A stretch of DNA of 59,593 bases from Octopus bimaculoides (lineage: Eukaryota). How positions within the stretch are numbered: position 1 is the first letter of the stretch; each line of letters starts with the position of its first letter. Below, piece by piece: positions 11,460 through 23,473 of this stretch. The translations under genes were made by a program, and so were the position numbers. The notes below the pieces were generated by a model. It had not been told where the DNA came from and made no database searches. It saw only the letters and a list, made by a program, of their open reading frames with translations. Where the stretch lies: NCBI RefSeq assembly GCF_001194135.2, contig NC_069008.1:13080158-13139750 (forward strand). The letters are read 5' to 3'.

Positions 11460-11622
11460 CGTAAAAAGGACCCAGTGAAACGGTTGGCATTAGGAAAGCC
11501 ATCCACCCATAGAAACAATGGCAAAATAGATGAGTGGGACCTGTTGTAGCCTTGTGGGTTGCCAGCTACTGCCATACCTGCCAACCCATGTCAGCATTGA
11601 AAACGGACATTAAATGATGATT
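11460..11622 (+). mobile_element. Older RTE-type 3' tail
   Basis: ccacgtaaaaagg...ggttggcattaggaaagccatcc...cattaaatgatgat. Confidence 0.6.
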
Positions 11623-11636
11623 ATATATATATATAT

Positions 11637-11888
11637 GTGGAGGCGCAATGGCCCAGCGGACTCGTGGTTTCGATTCCCAGACTGGGTGTTGTGAGTGTTT
11701 ATTGAGTGAAAACACCTTAAGCTCCACGAGGCTCCGGCAGGGGATGGTGGCGAACCCTGCTGTACTCTTTCACCACAACTTTCTCTCACTCTTACTTCCT
11801 GTTTCTGTTGTACCTGTAATTCAAAGGGTCAGCCTTGTCACACTGTGTCCCGCTGAATATCCCAGAGAACTACGTTAAGGGTACACAT
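11637..11888 (+). mobile_element. SINE-A (3' part in gap)
   Basis: gtggaggcgcaatggcccag head and body match the other SINE-A copies. Confidence 0.85.
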
Positions 11889-12607
11889 NNNNNNNNNNNN
11901 NNNNNNNNNNNNNNNNNNNNNNNNNNNNNNNNNNNNNNNNNNNNNNNNNNNNNNNNNNNNNNNNNNNNNNNNNNNNNNNNNNNNNNNNNNNNNNNNNNNN
12001 NNNNNNNNNNNNNNNNNNNNNNNNNNNNNNNNNNNNNNNNNNNNNNNNNNNNNNNNNNNNNNNNNNNNNNNNNNNNNNNNNNNNNNNNNNNNNNNNNNNN
12101 NNNNNNNNNNNNNNNNNNNNNNNNNNNNNNNNNNNNNNNNNNNNNNNNNNNNNNNNNNNNNNNNNNNNNNNNNNNNNNNNNNNNNNNNNNNNNNNNNNNN
12201 NNNNNNNNNNNNNNNNNNNNNNNNNNNNNNNNNNNNNNNNNNNNNNNNNNNNNNNNNNNNNNNNNNNNNNNNNNNNNNNNNNNNNNNNNNNNNNNNNNNN
12301 NNNNNNNNNNNNNNNNNNNNNNNNNNNNNNNNNNNNNNNNNNNNNNNNNNNNNNNNNNNNNNNNNNNNNNNNNNNNNNNNNNNNNNNNNNNNNNNNNNNN
12401 NNNNNNNNNNNNNNNNNNNNNNNNNNNNNNNNNNNNNNNNNNNNNNNNNNNNNNNNNNNNNNNNNNNNNGTTATCGGACTAATTAACTTCTGTTACATTT
12501 CACTTCCGTTAACTCAAGTCTGCTAACTCTAAAATTTCATAAAAACCAGTAGACATTAAAAAGTTTCTATTATTTTTAGATTTTCCAGCTGTCTGACTTT
12601 TGTGCAT

Positions 12608-12954
12608 GATCGTTACCAACGTTGCCCTCCTGGCACTTGTGCTGGTGGCACATGAAAAGACATTTGAGCGAGGTCGTTGCCAATGCCGCTGGACTGGCTC
12701 CTGTGCAGGTGGCACGTAAAATACACCATTTCTAGCATGGCTGTTGCCAGTACCTCCTGACTGGCCTTCGTGCCTGTGGCATGTAAAAGCACCCACTACA
12801 CTCTCGGAGTGGTTGGCATTAGGAGGGGCATCCAGCTGTAGAAACTCTGCCAAATCAGATTGGAGCCTGGTGTAGCCATCTGGTTCACCAGTCCTCAGTC
12901 AAATCGTCCAACCCATGCTAGCATGGAAAGCGGATGTTAAACGATGATGATGAT
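12608..12954 (+). mobile_element. RTE-LINE 3' tail with three ~65-bp hairpin subunits
   Basis: Three gcca...ggcac(a/g)t(g/a)aaa units precede the conserved ggaggggcatccagctgtagaaac block and the (GAT)n tail. Confidence 0.85.
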
Positions 12955-14385
12955 TAGACTATTAGTCTATTAGTTCTATAAACAATTTGTATCAGAAAAA
13001 TTTTTTGGCATAAATTGTAAATCGTTTTTAATTATAAATTCAATTCAGTTGTAATCTTTCATTATTGTAATTATATAAAAAAAAACTTAGAATATCTTTC
13101 TATTCTTGGACTACCACAGACAATGGTAGCAACTTTTTGGGGCAGAGGCTGACACACTGCCAACTGTGGGTACGCATTAAAGCCCTTTTTGGAGCTACAT
13201 TATTTGAATTCTTACTATTGGGTAACTAATTTCATGTTATTACATAACTGACTTCACATTTTGGGTATTCATAACTTATTCGGAATTCCAAAAAACAAGA
13301 TCCTATGTAAGACTGTTCAGTATTCTCTGTAAATGCGCAAAAACCGTTTTAAGGGCTACATACTTTGTATTGTTGTTATCGGATTAGCGAAACAATTATG
13401 AGAACGGAGCAAGGGATAAGTCCCACTTTCCCTGGAATTACCAGGTACGTCAGCTAGTATGTATATACGATGTATACCATACAAATAGGTTCAGGCATGG
13501 CAGCCTGGTTAAAAAAATTGTTTTGCATCCACATGGCTTCAGGTTCACTGCCACAGCACAGTGTCTTAGGCATCTTCTACAATAGCCCAGGACTGAGCAA
13601 TGGCTTGTGAGAGAATTTATTTTATGAAATGGAAACTGAAGGAAGCCCATTGCATGCGTGCATATGCCTTTGTTTTTGTGTTCCCCTACCGCTTACTTGG
13701 CAGCCAACTCCTTGGTCTGTTTACATTTCTGTAACTTAGCAGTTCAGCAAAGCACACTGATAGAATAAGTACTAGACTTAAAAAAACATAAGTATTGGGG
13801 TCCTGAAATGCTTAAGACACCATGCAGTGGGATTGAAGCAGAGCTATGTGATTGCAAAACAACCTTCTTAACCATGCCTGAACCTACTTGCATGATATAT
13901 ATATGTATATGTAACTTGCGCCAGTGGCACCTATCAAGCATTGGGCTTCACAGAGGCAATGACAAATGACTGAGACCTTCGGCAACATACCATGCTTGAG
14001 TAGAAGACCCATCAAGTCAAGTCTATCACAGTCCCAGCATGGCTGCAGTCCAATGACAGAAACAAGTAAAAGATAAGAGAAAGCCAATTATAAATATGTT
14101 GCAATATTTTTTTTTTATTGTTGTATATTTATTTGTAAATTAATAATTTTACAAGAATGTTTAACAAAATATCAAGAAAAATCAATGTTTTCTCAACAAA
14201 TGTTTGATAGAAAATAAATACAAGTATTCTGAAAGGATGATTTTATTTAACACTAAAAGTACCAAGTGGTTGTTTATGACTGCTTCTGCTTTTTAATTTC
14301 TATAACTGTATTGAATGTGCAACCACAAACATCATTTCATATGGGTATACATATTTTTTTTGTACATAAATTTTTTTTCAATATA

Positions 14386-14738
14386 GGTGCAGGAGTGGCT
14401 GTGTGGTAAGAAGCGTGCTTCCCAATCACATGGTTCTGTGTTCAGTCCCACTGAGTGGCACCTTGGGCAACTGTCTTCTACTATAGACTCTGGCCAACCA
14501 AAGCCTTGTGAGTGGATTTGGAAAATGGAAACTGAAAGAAGCCTGTCGTATATGTGTGTGTATTCTTGTGTCTGTTTGTTCCTTCACCATTGCTTGACAT
14601 CCGATGTTGGTGTGTTTACATCCCCAAAGAACAAGTACTAGGCTTACAAAGAATAAGTCCTGGGGTTGATTTGTTTCACTGAAGGTGATGCTACAGCATG
14701 GCCACAGTCAAATGACTGAAACAAGTAAAAGAATAAAA
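14386..14738 (+). mobile_element. SINE-C, tRNA-derived SINE
   Basis: ggtgcaggagtggctgtgtggtaag head, B-box-like gttcagtccc, ccttgggcaa block, central microsatellite, tail gactgaaacaagtaaaagaataaaa. Confidence 0.85.
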
Positions 14739-14817
14739 TGCTAAAAGACTGTATTTTCAAAGCCTTTATTCACTGCATTAGCTTATATTTAAAATAAATT
14801 GTATAAAATAAAGATTT

Positions 14818-14953
14818 AGGTGTAGGAGTGGCTGTGTGGTAAGTAGCTTGCTTACCAACCACATGGTCCCGGGTTCAGTCCCACTGCGTGGCATCTTGGC
14901 CCGACCAAAGCCTTGTGATTGGATTTGGTAGATGGAAACTGAAAGAAGCCCGT

Positions 14954-14986
<33 letters not shown>

Positions 14987-15183
14987 TTGTCCCCCTAACA
15001 TCGCTTGACAACCGATGCTGGTGTGTTTACGTCCCCGTCACTTAGCGGTTCGGCAAAAGAAACCGATAGAATAAGTACTAGGCTTCCAAAGAATAAGTCC
15101 TGGGGTCGATTTGCTTGACTAAAGGTGGTGCTCCAGCATGGCCACAGTCAAAAGACTGAAACAAGTAAAAGAGTAAAAGAGAG
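14818..15183 (+). mobile_element. SINE-C, second tandem copy
   Basis: Same head and tail as 14386, with about 40 bp deleted after ggcatcttgg. Confidence 0.85.
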
Positions 15184-15321
15184 AATGCCAGTCCAAAATG
15201 AAACATCAGCAATAAAGTATAGTTCAGATGACATACAATGTAGTGTTAGGGTGTTGTTATTACATAATGCAATGATTCTGCCAGCTCACTGCCTTAATGT
15301 GTTGGAGTATTCTTTTCTACT

Positions 15322-15435
15322 CTAGGCACAAGGCCTGAAATTTTGGGGGAGGGGACCAGTCGATTAGATCGACCCCTGTACGCAAATTGGCACTAAGCAT
15401 TTTGCCTGGCATGCTAACGTTTCTGCCAGCTCACC
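15322..15435 (-). mobile_element. SINE-D variant 3' part
   Basis: Reverse complement of ...ggggtcgatctaatcgactggtcccctcccccaaaatttcaggccttgtgcctaga. Confidence 0.65.
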
Positions 15436-15549
15436 GTCTTGGGAAAGTGGATGATAAAAACTAATGCACAAAAAAAAGGAAGTAGTGTATCCTTACCCCT
15501 CCACTCAAATCATAGCTATTTGGATATTTATGAATGTTGCAGTGTATTG

Positions 15550-15834
15550 CTGCCATTGCCAGTGCCCCTGGACTGGCTCTTGTGCAGGTGGCACATAAAA
15601 TACACCATCTTGAGCGTGGCCGTTGCCAGTACCGCCTGACTGGCCTTCGTGTGGGTGACACGTAAAAGCACCCACTACACTCTCCGAGTGGTTGGTGTTA
15701 GGAAGGGCATCCAGCTGTAGAAACTCTGCCAAATCAGATTGGAGCCTGGTGTAGCCATCTGGTTTCACCAGTCCTCAGTCAAATCGTCCAACCCATGCTA
15801 GCATGGAAAGCGGAGTTAAACGATGATGATGATG
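15550..15834 (+). mobile_element. RTE-LINE 3' tail
   Basis: Same conserved tail as 12608; lies about 540 bp past the ZNF-3 stop. Confidence 0.85.
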
Positions 15835-16375
15835 AGTTCACCCTGCAGGAAAGTATCATCCTTATCATCATTTAATGTCTGCCTTCCATACTGGCCTGAA
15901 TTGGACGGTTTTACAGGAGCCTTTCCAAATGCCAACCACTTTACAGTGTGGCATCAGCATTAGTAGAGTCACCAAATAACGTGCAAGGCAAACTTCCTTT
16001 GAGAGAGAAGGGAGCATGGGAGGAAGTGATGTGTGAGATGGTGAAAGTTTAAAGTGAGACAGAGAGACAGAAACAGGTGTCTTGCTGTAGAGGATGTATG
16101 AGGTTACCTGGAGAGAGAGATCAGGAATGAGGACAGAAACAGGTGCGCTGCTATAAAGGAGATACATGGTTACCCAGCCTGAAGGAAAGAGAAAGTGGGA
16201 GACAGCAAGAATACAAGAGAGTGCAGGAGAGAGATGATGGCAAAGTGGTGGACATACTCACAAGAATCAATGTATATACAATTATTAGTTATACTAACAA
16301 GAAAATACGAGAAACAGTTTCCTCAACAGTCTGCTTGCTGCATTATATTTACCACAAACTGAATTTTAAGTACAA

Positions 16376-17398
16376 TTACTTTTCTTTCAGAATACATGAA
16401 TGTGTAGATAAGAGACTGTTTTCAGAGAATGATTTACCACAAATATCACAGTGATATGGCTTCTTGCCTGCATGAATACTTTTGTGTCTTGTTAAGTGAT
16501 GGTTATGAGAGAATGATTTACCACAAATGTCACAGAGATAAGGTCTCTCACCTGTATGAACACGTTTGTGTATAGTTAAGTTAGGATTATGAGAGAATGA
16601 TTTACCACAGATATCACACTGATATGGTTTCTCTCCAGTATGAATACGTTTATGAGTAACTAATTCAATATTTTGAAAGAAAGATTTACCACAGCTATCA
16701 CAGTGATATGTTTTCCCATCTGTATGAAAACGTTTGTGATTAGTTAAGGTACGAATCTGATAAAATGATTTATAACAGATATCACAATGATATGGTTTCT
16801 CTCCTGAATGAATATGCTTGTGTTCAGTTAAGTGATGTCTTAGTGAGAATGATTTACCACAAATGCTACAGTTGTGTGGTTTTTCACCTGTGTGAATGCC
16901 TTTGTGGTTAGTTAAGGTACAACTTTGAGAGAATGATTTACCACAGATATCACACTGATATGGTTTCTCTCCCGAGTGAATACGCTTATGTTCAGTTAAA
17001 TGACCACGTACAGAGAATGATTTGTCACAGATATCACAGACATATGGTTTCTCTCCTGTATGAATGCGTATATGAATAGTTAAGTCACTACTTCCAGAAA
17101 ATGATTTACCACAGACATCACATTGGTAAGGCTTCTCCCCCGTATGAATGCGTTTGTGTTTAGTTAGGGTACTACCTACAGAGAATGATTTACCACAGAT
17201 ATCACAGTGATATGGTTTCTCTCCTGTATGAATACGTTTGTGTATCATTAGGTGGCATTTTTTATAGAACATCTTTTCACAGATATCACAATGATATAAT
17301 GGTTTCTCTTCCTCTTTCTTTATATCACCAGGAAAATCAATAAAATTAGACTGCGGTTTAAATATACCTTTTTTCTCGCATAATTCATTTTCCATCAT
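16376..17398 (-). CDS. ZNF-3: C2H2 zinc-finger protein, 340 aa, 10 intact fingers plus 1 degenerate terminal finger
   Basis: [13 protein letters not shown]...; canonical fingers and linkers; the last finger lacks the final His (HSCILKEK*). Confidence 0.92.
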   Translation of the reverse strand: MMENELCEKKGIFKPQSNFIDFPGDIKKEEEKPLYHCDICEKMFYKKCHLMIHKRIHTGEKPYHCDICGKSFSVGSTLTKHKRIHTGEKPYQCDVCGKSFSGSSDLTIHIRIHTGEKPYVCDICDKSFSVRGHLTEHKRIHSGEKPYQCDICGKSFSQSCTLTNHKGIHTGEKPHNCSICGKSFSLRHHLTEHKHIHSGEKPYHCDICYKSFYQIRTLTNHKRFHTDGKTYHCDSCGKSFFQNIELVTHKRIHTGEKPYQCDICGKSFSHNPNLTIHKRVHTGERPYLCDICGKSFSHNHHLTRHKSIHAGKKPYHCDICGKSFSENSLLSTHSCILKEK

Positions 17399-18150
17399 TT
17401 TTCTTCTTTCACCTTAACATACAAATGTTTTCCTCGTTTTGTTTTTTAGTTGATTCCTAACAAATATTTCTACTCTTATCTATGCCATAAGAATTCAAAA
17501 CTTTTTGAGAGAATGTGAAATAATTATTTTTTGGAACAATATATCTCTAAGTACATGTTTACAGGAGATGTGGGTTCACTCCCATGGCCAGCCTCAGACT
17601 TTTTCTACCCAAAGTATTTTTCAATCCAATATTTATTTCTACCACTATTTTTCCATCAGCCGTATTTAGTTCTAGGAATGGGAAAATCCTGCAAACCACA
17701 ATGTAATCCAAGTTTAATGCTTTTGCATTCAGAATTCTTTGTCAAATGTATTGCTTATTTATTCACACTGTTTTGAATTAATCATGCATCACGTTGTACC
17801 TTCAAGAATTCAATGGAGTTTTTGTACATTTTCAGAATGACATTATAGAGCAGGTGTGAGAAGATGGATCTGGTCAGTTTTGACATAAAACAGGTAAAAT
17901 ATTTGGGATGGATATGACTGCATTAAATACTAAAGGGATAATCAGAATGCAAAATCACCTACATTCCAGACAGTTCTATTCTGATTCACACTGCAGAAAA
18001 GAAATAAAAATATTTCTCTTATTTCACTATAGATTTATATAAACAGGATTATATCTCTTCTATATAGTATCTTCCTTTAATCTCTCACAGATTATAAACA
18101 CTGATGATATTTCTGATGTAAACGGTTCTTTGCCAATGTCATCTTTTATT

Positions 18151-18165
18151 CTGAAATAATAAAGA
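18151..18165 (-). promoter_or_regulatory. Splice acceptor of the ZNF-3 coding exon
   Basis: Reverse complement tttattatttcag|aataaaagatgacattggc matches the ZNF-2 acceptor context (cag|attatcagatggcattggc). Confidence 0.6.
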
Positions 18166-18356
18166 AAAGATGGTGTAAGATATAGAAGATATTCAAGAAA
18201 GTAGAAGAAGCAACAGTAGAAGTTTTAGCAAATTTCTATACAGATTAACTGTAGACATAAATGAATAACTGAATAATGTTTCACTACATTTCCAAAACAA
18301 TTGTATATCATTACGGTGTAGATGATTAAATAGTATTGATAAATTTATATAGTATA

Positions 18357-18705
18357 GGTTCAGGTGTGACTGTGGTAAAAAGTTTGCTTTCCAACCACAT
18401 GGTCCCAGGCTCAGTTCCAATGTGAGTCATTTTAGGCCAACCAAAGAGTGAATTTGGTAGATGGAAGTTGAAAGAAGCTAGTGACACGTGTGTGTGTACC
18501 CGTTTGTTCTGCATCATCATTTGCCAACCGGTGTTGGTGTGTTTATGTCCTTGTAACTTAGCTCTTCAGCAAAAGAAACCAATAGAATAAATACAAGGCT
18601 TAAGAAACAAAAATAAGGACTAGAGCTGATTTGTTTGACTAAAAAATTCATCTAGGCAGTGTCCCAGCATGGCCGCAGTCATGAAACGGGTGGAAGATAA
18701 AAAGA
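18357..18705 (+). mobile_element. SINE-C (older, diverged)
   Basis: Head ggtgtgactgtggtaaaaag and tail cccagcatggccgcagtc. Confidence 0.7.
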
Positions 18706-18850
18706 TATATGGCACATAATTAAGAAGCTTGCCTTGCTTTTTTTGTTGTATTTATGCTGGTCAAAGTCAATTTACTTTTTCAAGAGATTCACACAAACAT
18801 CTTAATTATGAAAATATTAAATTCACCAATAATTTTTTACACATATTGAG

Positions 18851-19078
18851 GATGGCGAGCTGGCAGAATCATTAGCACGCCGGGCGAAATGCTTAGCGGA
18901 ATTTCGTCTGCCATTACGTTCTGAGTTCAAATTCCGCCGAGGTCGACTTTGCCTTACATCCTTTCGGGGTTAATAAATTAAGTACCAGTTACACACTGGG
19001 GTCGATGTAATCGACTTAATCCTTTGTCTGTCCATGTTTGTCCCCTCTATGTTTAGCCCCTTGTGGGCAATAAAGAAA
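18851..19078 (+). mobile_element. SINE-D, tRNA-derived SINE with a Deu/Nin-like central domain
   Basis: ggcgagctggcagaatc head and gagttcaaattcc B box. The block gtcgactttgccttacatcctttcggggttaataaattaagtaccag resembles the Deu/Nin domain (comparison from memory). Confidence 0.75.
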
Positions 19079-19079
19079 T

Positions 19080-19411
19080 GAGAATCATTAGCACACTGGG
19101 TGAAGTGGTTAGTGGCATTTCGTCTGTCTTTACGTTCTGAGTTCAAATTCTGCCAAGGTTGTCTTTGCGTTTCTTCCAGATAGAATAAGTACTAGGCTTA
19201 CAAAGAATAAGTCCTGGGGTCGATTTTCTCGACTAAAAGTGGTGCTCCAGCATGGCCACAGTCAAATGACTAGAACAAGTAAAAGAGTATATATAACTGC
19301 CAAATCAGATTGGAGCCTGGTTTAGCCATCTGGTTTCACCAATCCTCAGTCAAATCGTCCAACCCATGCTAGCATGGAAAGCGAACGTTAAACGATGATG
19401 ATGATGATGAT
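19080..19411 (+). mobile_element. Stack of fragments: SINE-D head, SINE-C tail, RTE tail
   Basis: Consecutive matches to the three families within the ZNF-3 intron. Confidence 0.7.
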
Positions 19412-20645
19412 ATGTATATATGTATATACATATATATATATATATAGTAGGACCTGAACCCTTCAAAGGGATTTTTAGCATCCTGAGGAAAAGCCTAATT
19501 TGTGATTTCAAAAGGATTATATTTTCCTCAAAGTTACGAGGGGAAAACTCTGGTCTTGTGAATTTTCCGAAGTCCTCTCCCACCCCCGTTGCTTTCCGCA
19601 CATGTTTTGTTTTCATATTCGTTTCCTACGTGGCTGTGAAGTAGAAANNNNNNNNNNNNNNNNNNNNNNNNNNNNNNNNNNNNNNNNNNNNNNNNNNNNN
19701 NNNNNNNNNNNNNNNNNNNNNNNNNNNNNNNNNNNNNNNNNNNNNNNNNNNNNNNNNNNNNNNNNNNNNNNNNNNNNNNNNNNNNNNNNNNNNNNNNNNN
19801 NNNNNNNNNNNNNNNNNNNNNNNNNNNNNNNNNNNNNNNNNNNNNNNNNNNNNNNNNNNNNNNNNNNNNNNNNNNNNNNNNNNNNNNNNNNNNNNNNNNN
19901 NNNNNNNNNNNNNNNNNNNNNNNNNNNNNNNNNNNNNNNNNNNNNNNNNNNNNNNNNNNNNNNNNNNNNNNNNNNNNNNNNNNNNNNNNNNNNNNNNNNN
20001 NNNNNNNNNNNNNNNNNNNNNNNNNNNNNNNNNNNNNNNNNNNNNNNNNNNNNNNNNNNNNNNNNNNNNNNNNNNNNNNNNNNNNNNNNNNNNNNNNNNN
20101 NNNNNNNNNNNNNNNNNNNNNNNNNNNNNNNNNNNNNNNNNNNNNNNNNNNNNNNNNNNNNNNNNNNNNNNNNNNNNNNNNNNNNNNNNNNNNNNNNNNN
20201 NNNNNNNNNNNNNNNNNNNNNNNNNNNNNNNNNNNNNNNNNNNNNNNNNNNNNNNNNNNNNNNNNNNNNNNNNNNNNNNNNNNNNNNNNNNNNNNNNNNN
20301 NNNNNNNNNNNNNNNNNNNNNNNNNNNNNNNNNNNNNNNNNNNNNNNNNNNNNNNNNNNNNNNNNNNNNNNNNNNNNNNNNNNNNNNNNNNNNNNNNNNN
20401 NNNNNNNNNNNNNNNNNNNNNNNNNNNNNNNNNNNNNNNNNNNNNNNNNNNNNNNNNNNNNNNNNNNNNNNNNNNNNNNNNNNNNNNNNNNNNNNNNNNN
20501 NNNNNNNNNNNNNNNNNNNNNNNNNNNNNNNNNNNNNNNNNNNNNNNNNNNNNNNNNNNNNNNNNNNNNNNNNNNNNNNNNNNNNNNNNNNNNNNNNNNN
20601 NNNNNNNNNNNNNNNNNNNNNNNNNNNNNNNNNNNNNNNNNNNNN

Positions 20646-20799
20646 GTGTTTACGTCCCCGTAACTTAGCGGTTCGGCTAGAGAGACCGATAGAATAAGTA
20701 CGTGGCTTACAAAGAATAAGTCCCGGGGTCGATTAGCTCGACTAAAAGGCGGTGCTCCAGCATGGCCACAGTCAAATGACTGAAACGAGTAAAAGAATA
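20646..20799 (+). mobile_element. SINE-C 3' part (5' part in gap)
   Basis: gtgtttacgtccccgtaacttagcggttcgg...gactgaaacgagtaaaagaa. Confidence 0.8.
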
Positions 20800-20952
20800 A
20801 ATATCCATTTTGGCCCACATGTAGTTATGTCTAAATCTGTTTAATCATTAATTTTAGACAAAGCGGTGGAGAATAAAATTTTTTATCAAAGTCTGAGAAG
20901 CAACATCAAAACGTTTTACATGACCCATACTAAAATATCTGTATTATTATAT

Positions 20953-21065
20953 CTTACCTGTGATGCTACATGAATACGTGTTTATAGTGAAACATCTTTA
21001 ATTACACCAAATGCCTTCAACAATATCAAGAGATTTCTCATTTCAGGGTGTGGGTCAACCGGAAC
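20953..21065 (-). promoter_or_regulatory. Putative non-coding 5' exon of ZNF-3 with donor CAG|GTAAG (20958/20957)
   Basis: Homologous to 5878-5920. ETS-like ttccggt on the minus strand at 21058-21064. Confidence 0.6.
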
Positions 21066-22154
21066 TAATATTTGACAAGTTACAGAAATCAAAAACCAAC
21101 TCGGAAACGAAATCGATGAAATTTACCTAGTTTACCTAAGCTGCTAGAATATTTAGATATTGTTGTCAAGTAACCACACGCACTATATACTCGTTAAAAA
21201 AAAAAAAAAAATTTAATCCTGAAATATAACAATAAACTTCAACACACAATTTCACATGAATCTTCCAAAACAAATGTGTATGCAGCACGGAATTTTGTCA
21301 TCATGTCGCGGTCTCAGAGCGATGAAAATATTTTGGCAAATTAAATTTAAATGTTGAAGTGAATCTAACGGTTTTCGTTTTTTTTTTTAATAGCTTATAA
21401 ACACCTTACACGCTGCAATTGCATGTATATATATATATATATATNNNNNNNNNNNNNNNNNNNNNNNNNNNNNNNNNNNNNNNNNNNNNNNNNNNNNNNN
21501 NNNNNNNNNNNNNNNNNNNNNNNNNNNNNNNNNNNNNNNNNNNNNNNNNNNNNNNNNNNNNNNNNNNNNNNNNNNNNNNNNNNNNNNNNNNNNNNNNNNN
21601 NNNNNNNNNNNNNNNNNNNNNNNNNNNNNNNNNNNNNNNNNNNNNNNNNNNNNNNNNNNNNNNNNNNNNNNNNNNNNNNNNNNNNNNNNNNNNNNNNNNN
21701 NNNNNNNNNNNNNNNNNNNNNNNNNNNNNNNNNNNNNNNNNNNNNNNNNNNNNNNNNNNNNNNNNNNNNNNNNNNNNNNNNNNNNNNNNNNNNNNNNNNN
21801 NNNNNNNNNNNNNNNNNNNNNNNNNNNNNNNNNNATATATATATATAGGGTCGTGCAAACAGGAAAAATAGAACTCAAAATATGAGTATATGTATATTTT
21901 TATTAATATCTAACGAAGGCAACACAACGGACTCATAAACACATAGTATAAAAAATATATAAGCACGGCCTCAGTCAAATGAATGAAACAAGTAAAAGAA
22001 TAAGCGATTCAGCTGCAAAAAAAATGATGAAATAGAACCCTTTTTTTTAAACAGAAATTCCTGAACCAATACCGTCTGTCTCTGATACATTGCCCACACG
22101 TATTCTTTTATACGTTTCAACCCTAAGGCTGTGGCCATGCTGGAGCACCGCCAA

Positions 22155-22380
22155 TAGGGACGATATAAACTGTTAGGCGTTTTCATTTAAATATCATTAA
22201 TAATGGTTTCAAAGGCCAACAATTTACATCGATCCCAGTGTCCCGCTGGTATTTATTGTATCGACGCTGAAAGACGAAAGGCGAAGTCGACCTCAGCGGA
22301 ATTTGTATTCAGAACCTAAAGCCAGAAGGAATGCCGTTAAACATTTTGTCTGGCGTGCTAACGATTCAGCCAGCTCGATA
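22155..22380 (-). mobile_element. SINE-D
   Basis: Reverse complement of ctggctgaatcgttagcacgccag...gaggtcgacttcgcctttcgtc. Confidence 0.7.
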
Positions 22381-22789
22381 TGTATTCATTACATACATAT
22401 ATAAATTTGTATGTTCGTATGTAGCGATTGCAGTGTGGAAGACAAAAGTTGGCCATTTAGAAACGCGCAAAAACTGTGAAACTTCACATTTATGGTGTCG
22501 GAATTTTCTTCGCTTGAAATTGCAACCTGGCCACTGGCAAAAAAGTGTGCTGCATATGTTTGAAATATAAAAACAAACACTTGCTATAAGTCTGTAAATT
22601 TTATCAAAATACAAAAATATTGGAATATATCTGCTATACTTAATACCGTGCCATGATAGGACAGTAGAAGCTACAGTCTTTGTCCTTCACATATGACAAG
22701 ATCGTGAATAAGTTTCTAAAGAAAATTTAGATATCGAGCTCCGAATCGAGTATGTTTCTCAGAAGGAACTATTACTGTTGTTAAAATGA

Positions 22790-22930
22790 AGGTGGTAGCT
22801 AACAGAATCGTTAGCTCGCTGAACTAAAATGCTTGGCAGCATTTCGTCTGTCCGCATGTTCTGAGTTCGAATTCAGCCGAAGTCGACTGTGCCTTTTATC
22901 GTTCGAGGTCGCTGAAATAAGTTCCAGTTG
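22790..22930 (+). mobile_element. SINE-D (3' truncated)
   Basis: cagaatcgttagc...gagttcgaattc...gtcgactgtgccttt. Confidence 0.7.
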
Positions 22931-23099
22931 AGCGTGTTTATTATAGAAAGTTTTACTTTTTATATAATGTTTGTAGGAGAGTAAGTAGTAATTGAAAACT
23001 CGCTACGAGATTAGTGGGCAGCAGGAGAAATTTTCAGAGAAATAATTTCCTTAGAGCATATTTCGGCCCATTAATTACCGGTGCCTGCAGACACAGATC

Positions 23100-23473
23100 G
23101 AAACACATAAACGAATCCTCCTTTAACGAATTTCACCGAATTTTTCAAATGTTGCTTTTTCATTCGCGCGCGCGCGCGTGTTACATAGTTTTACCGAGTT
23201 AAATCGCATGTCTTGGAACCAATTATCGACGTAAATTGAGGTATACCCGAACATAAATGAAGAACGAAGTGCAAAAAATGATAAATTCCGATTTGTCATT
23301 GCGTTTCGTTTCGTTTACAATGTCAAGTTTTACATTCCATTGTCTTATTTCTGGTCCAGTTGAATCCGCGCCATTTAACTAAGACTTTTTTTGTCCGCCA
23401 AAGAAATCAGTTTGAAGAGATCGGAAAGAGAAGTCATAAAAAACAATAAGCTTATGCAGAAAAACAGGTAGGT
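23100..23473 (+). promoter_or_regulatory. Putative CpG-rich promoter and first exon of ZNF-4, donor CAG|GTAGGT (23467/23468)
   Basis: Locally high CpG, (CG)7 at 23165-23178, YY1-like ccgcgccattt near 23366. The donor context resembles those of ZNF-2 and ZNF-3. Confidence 0.5.
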
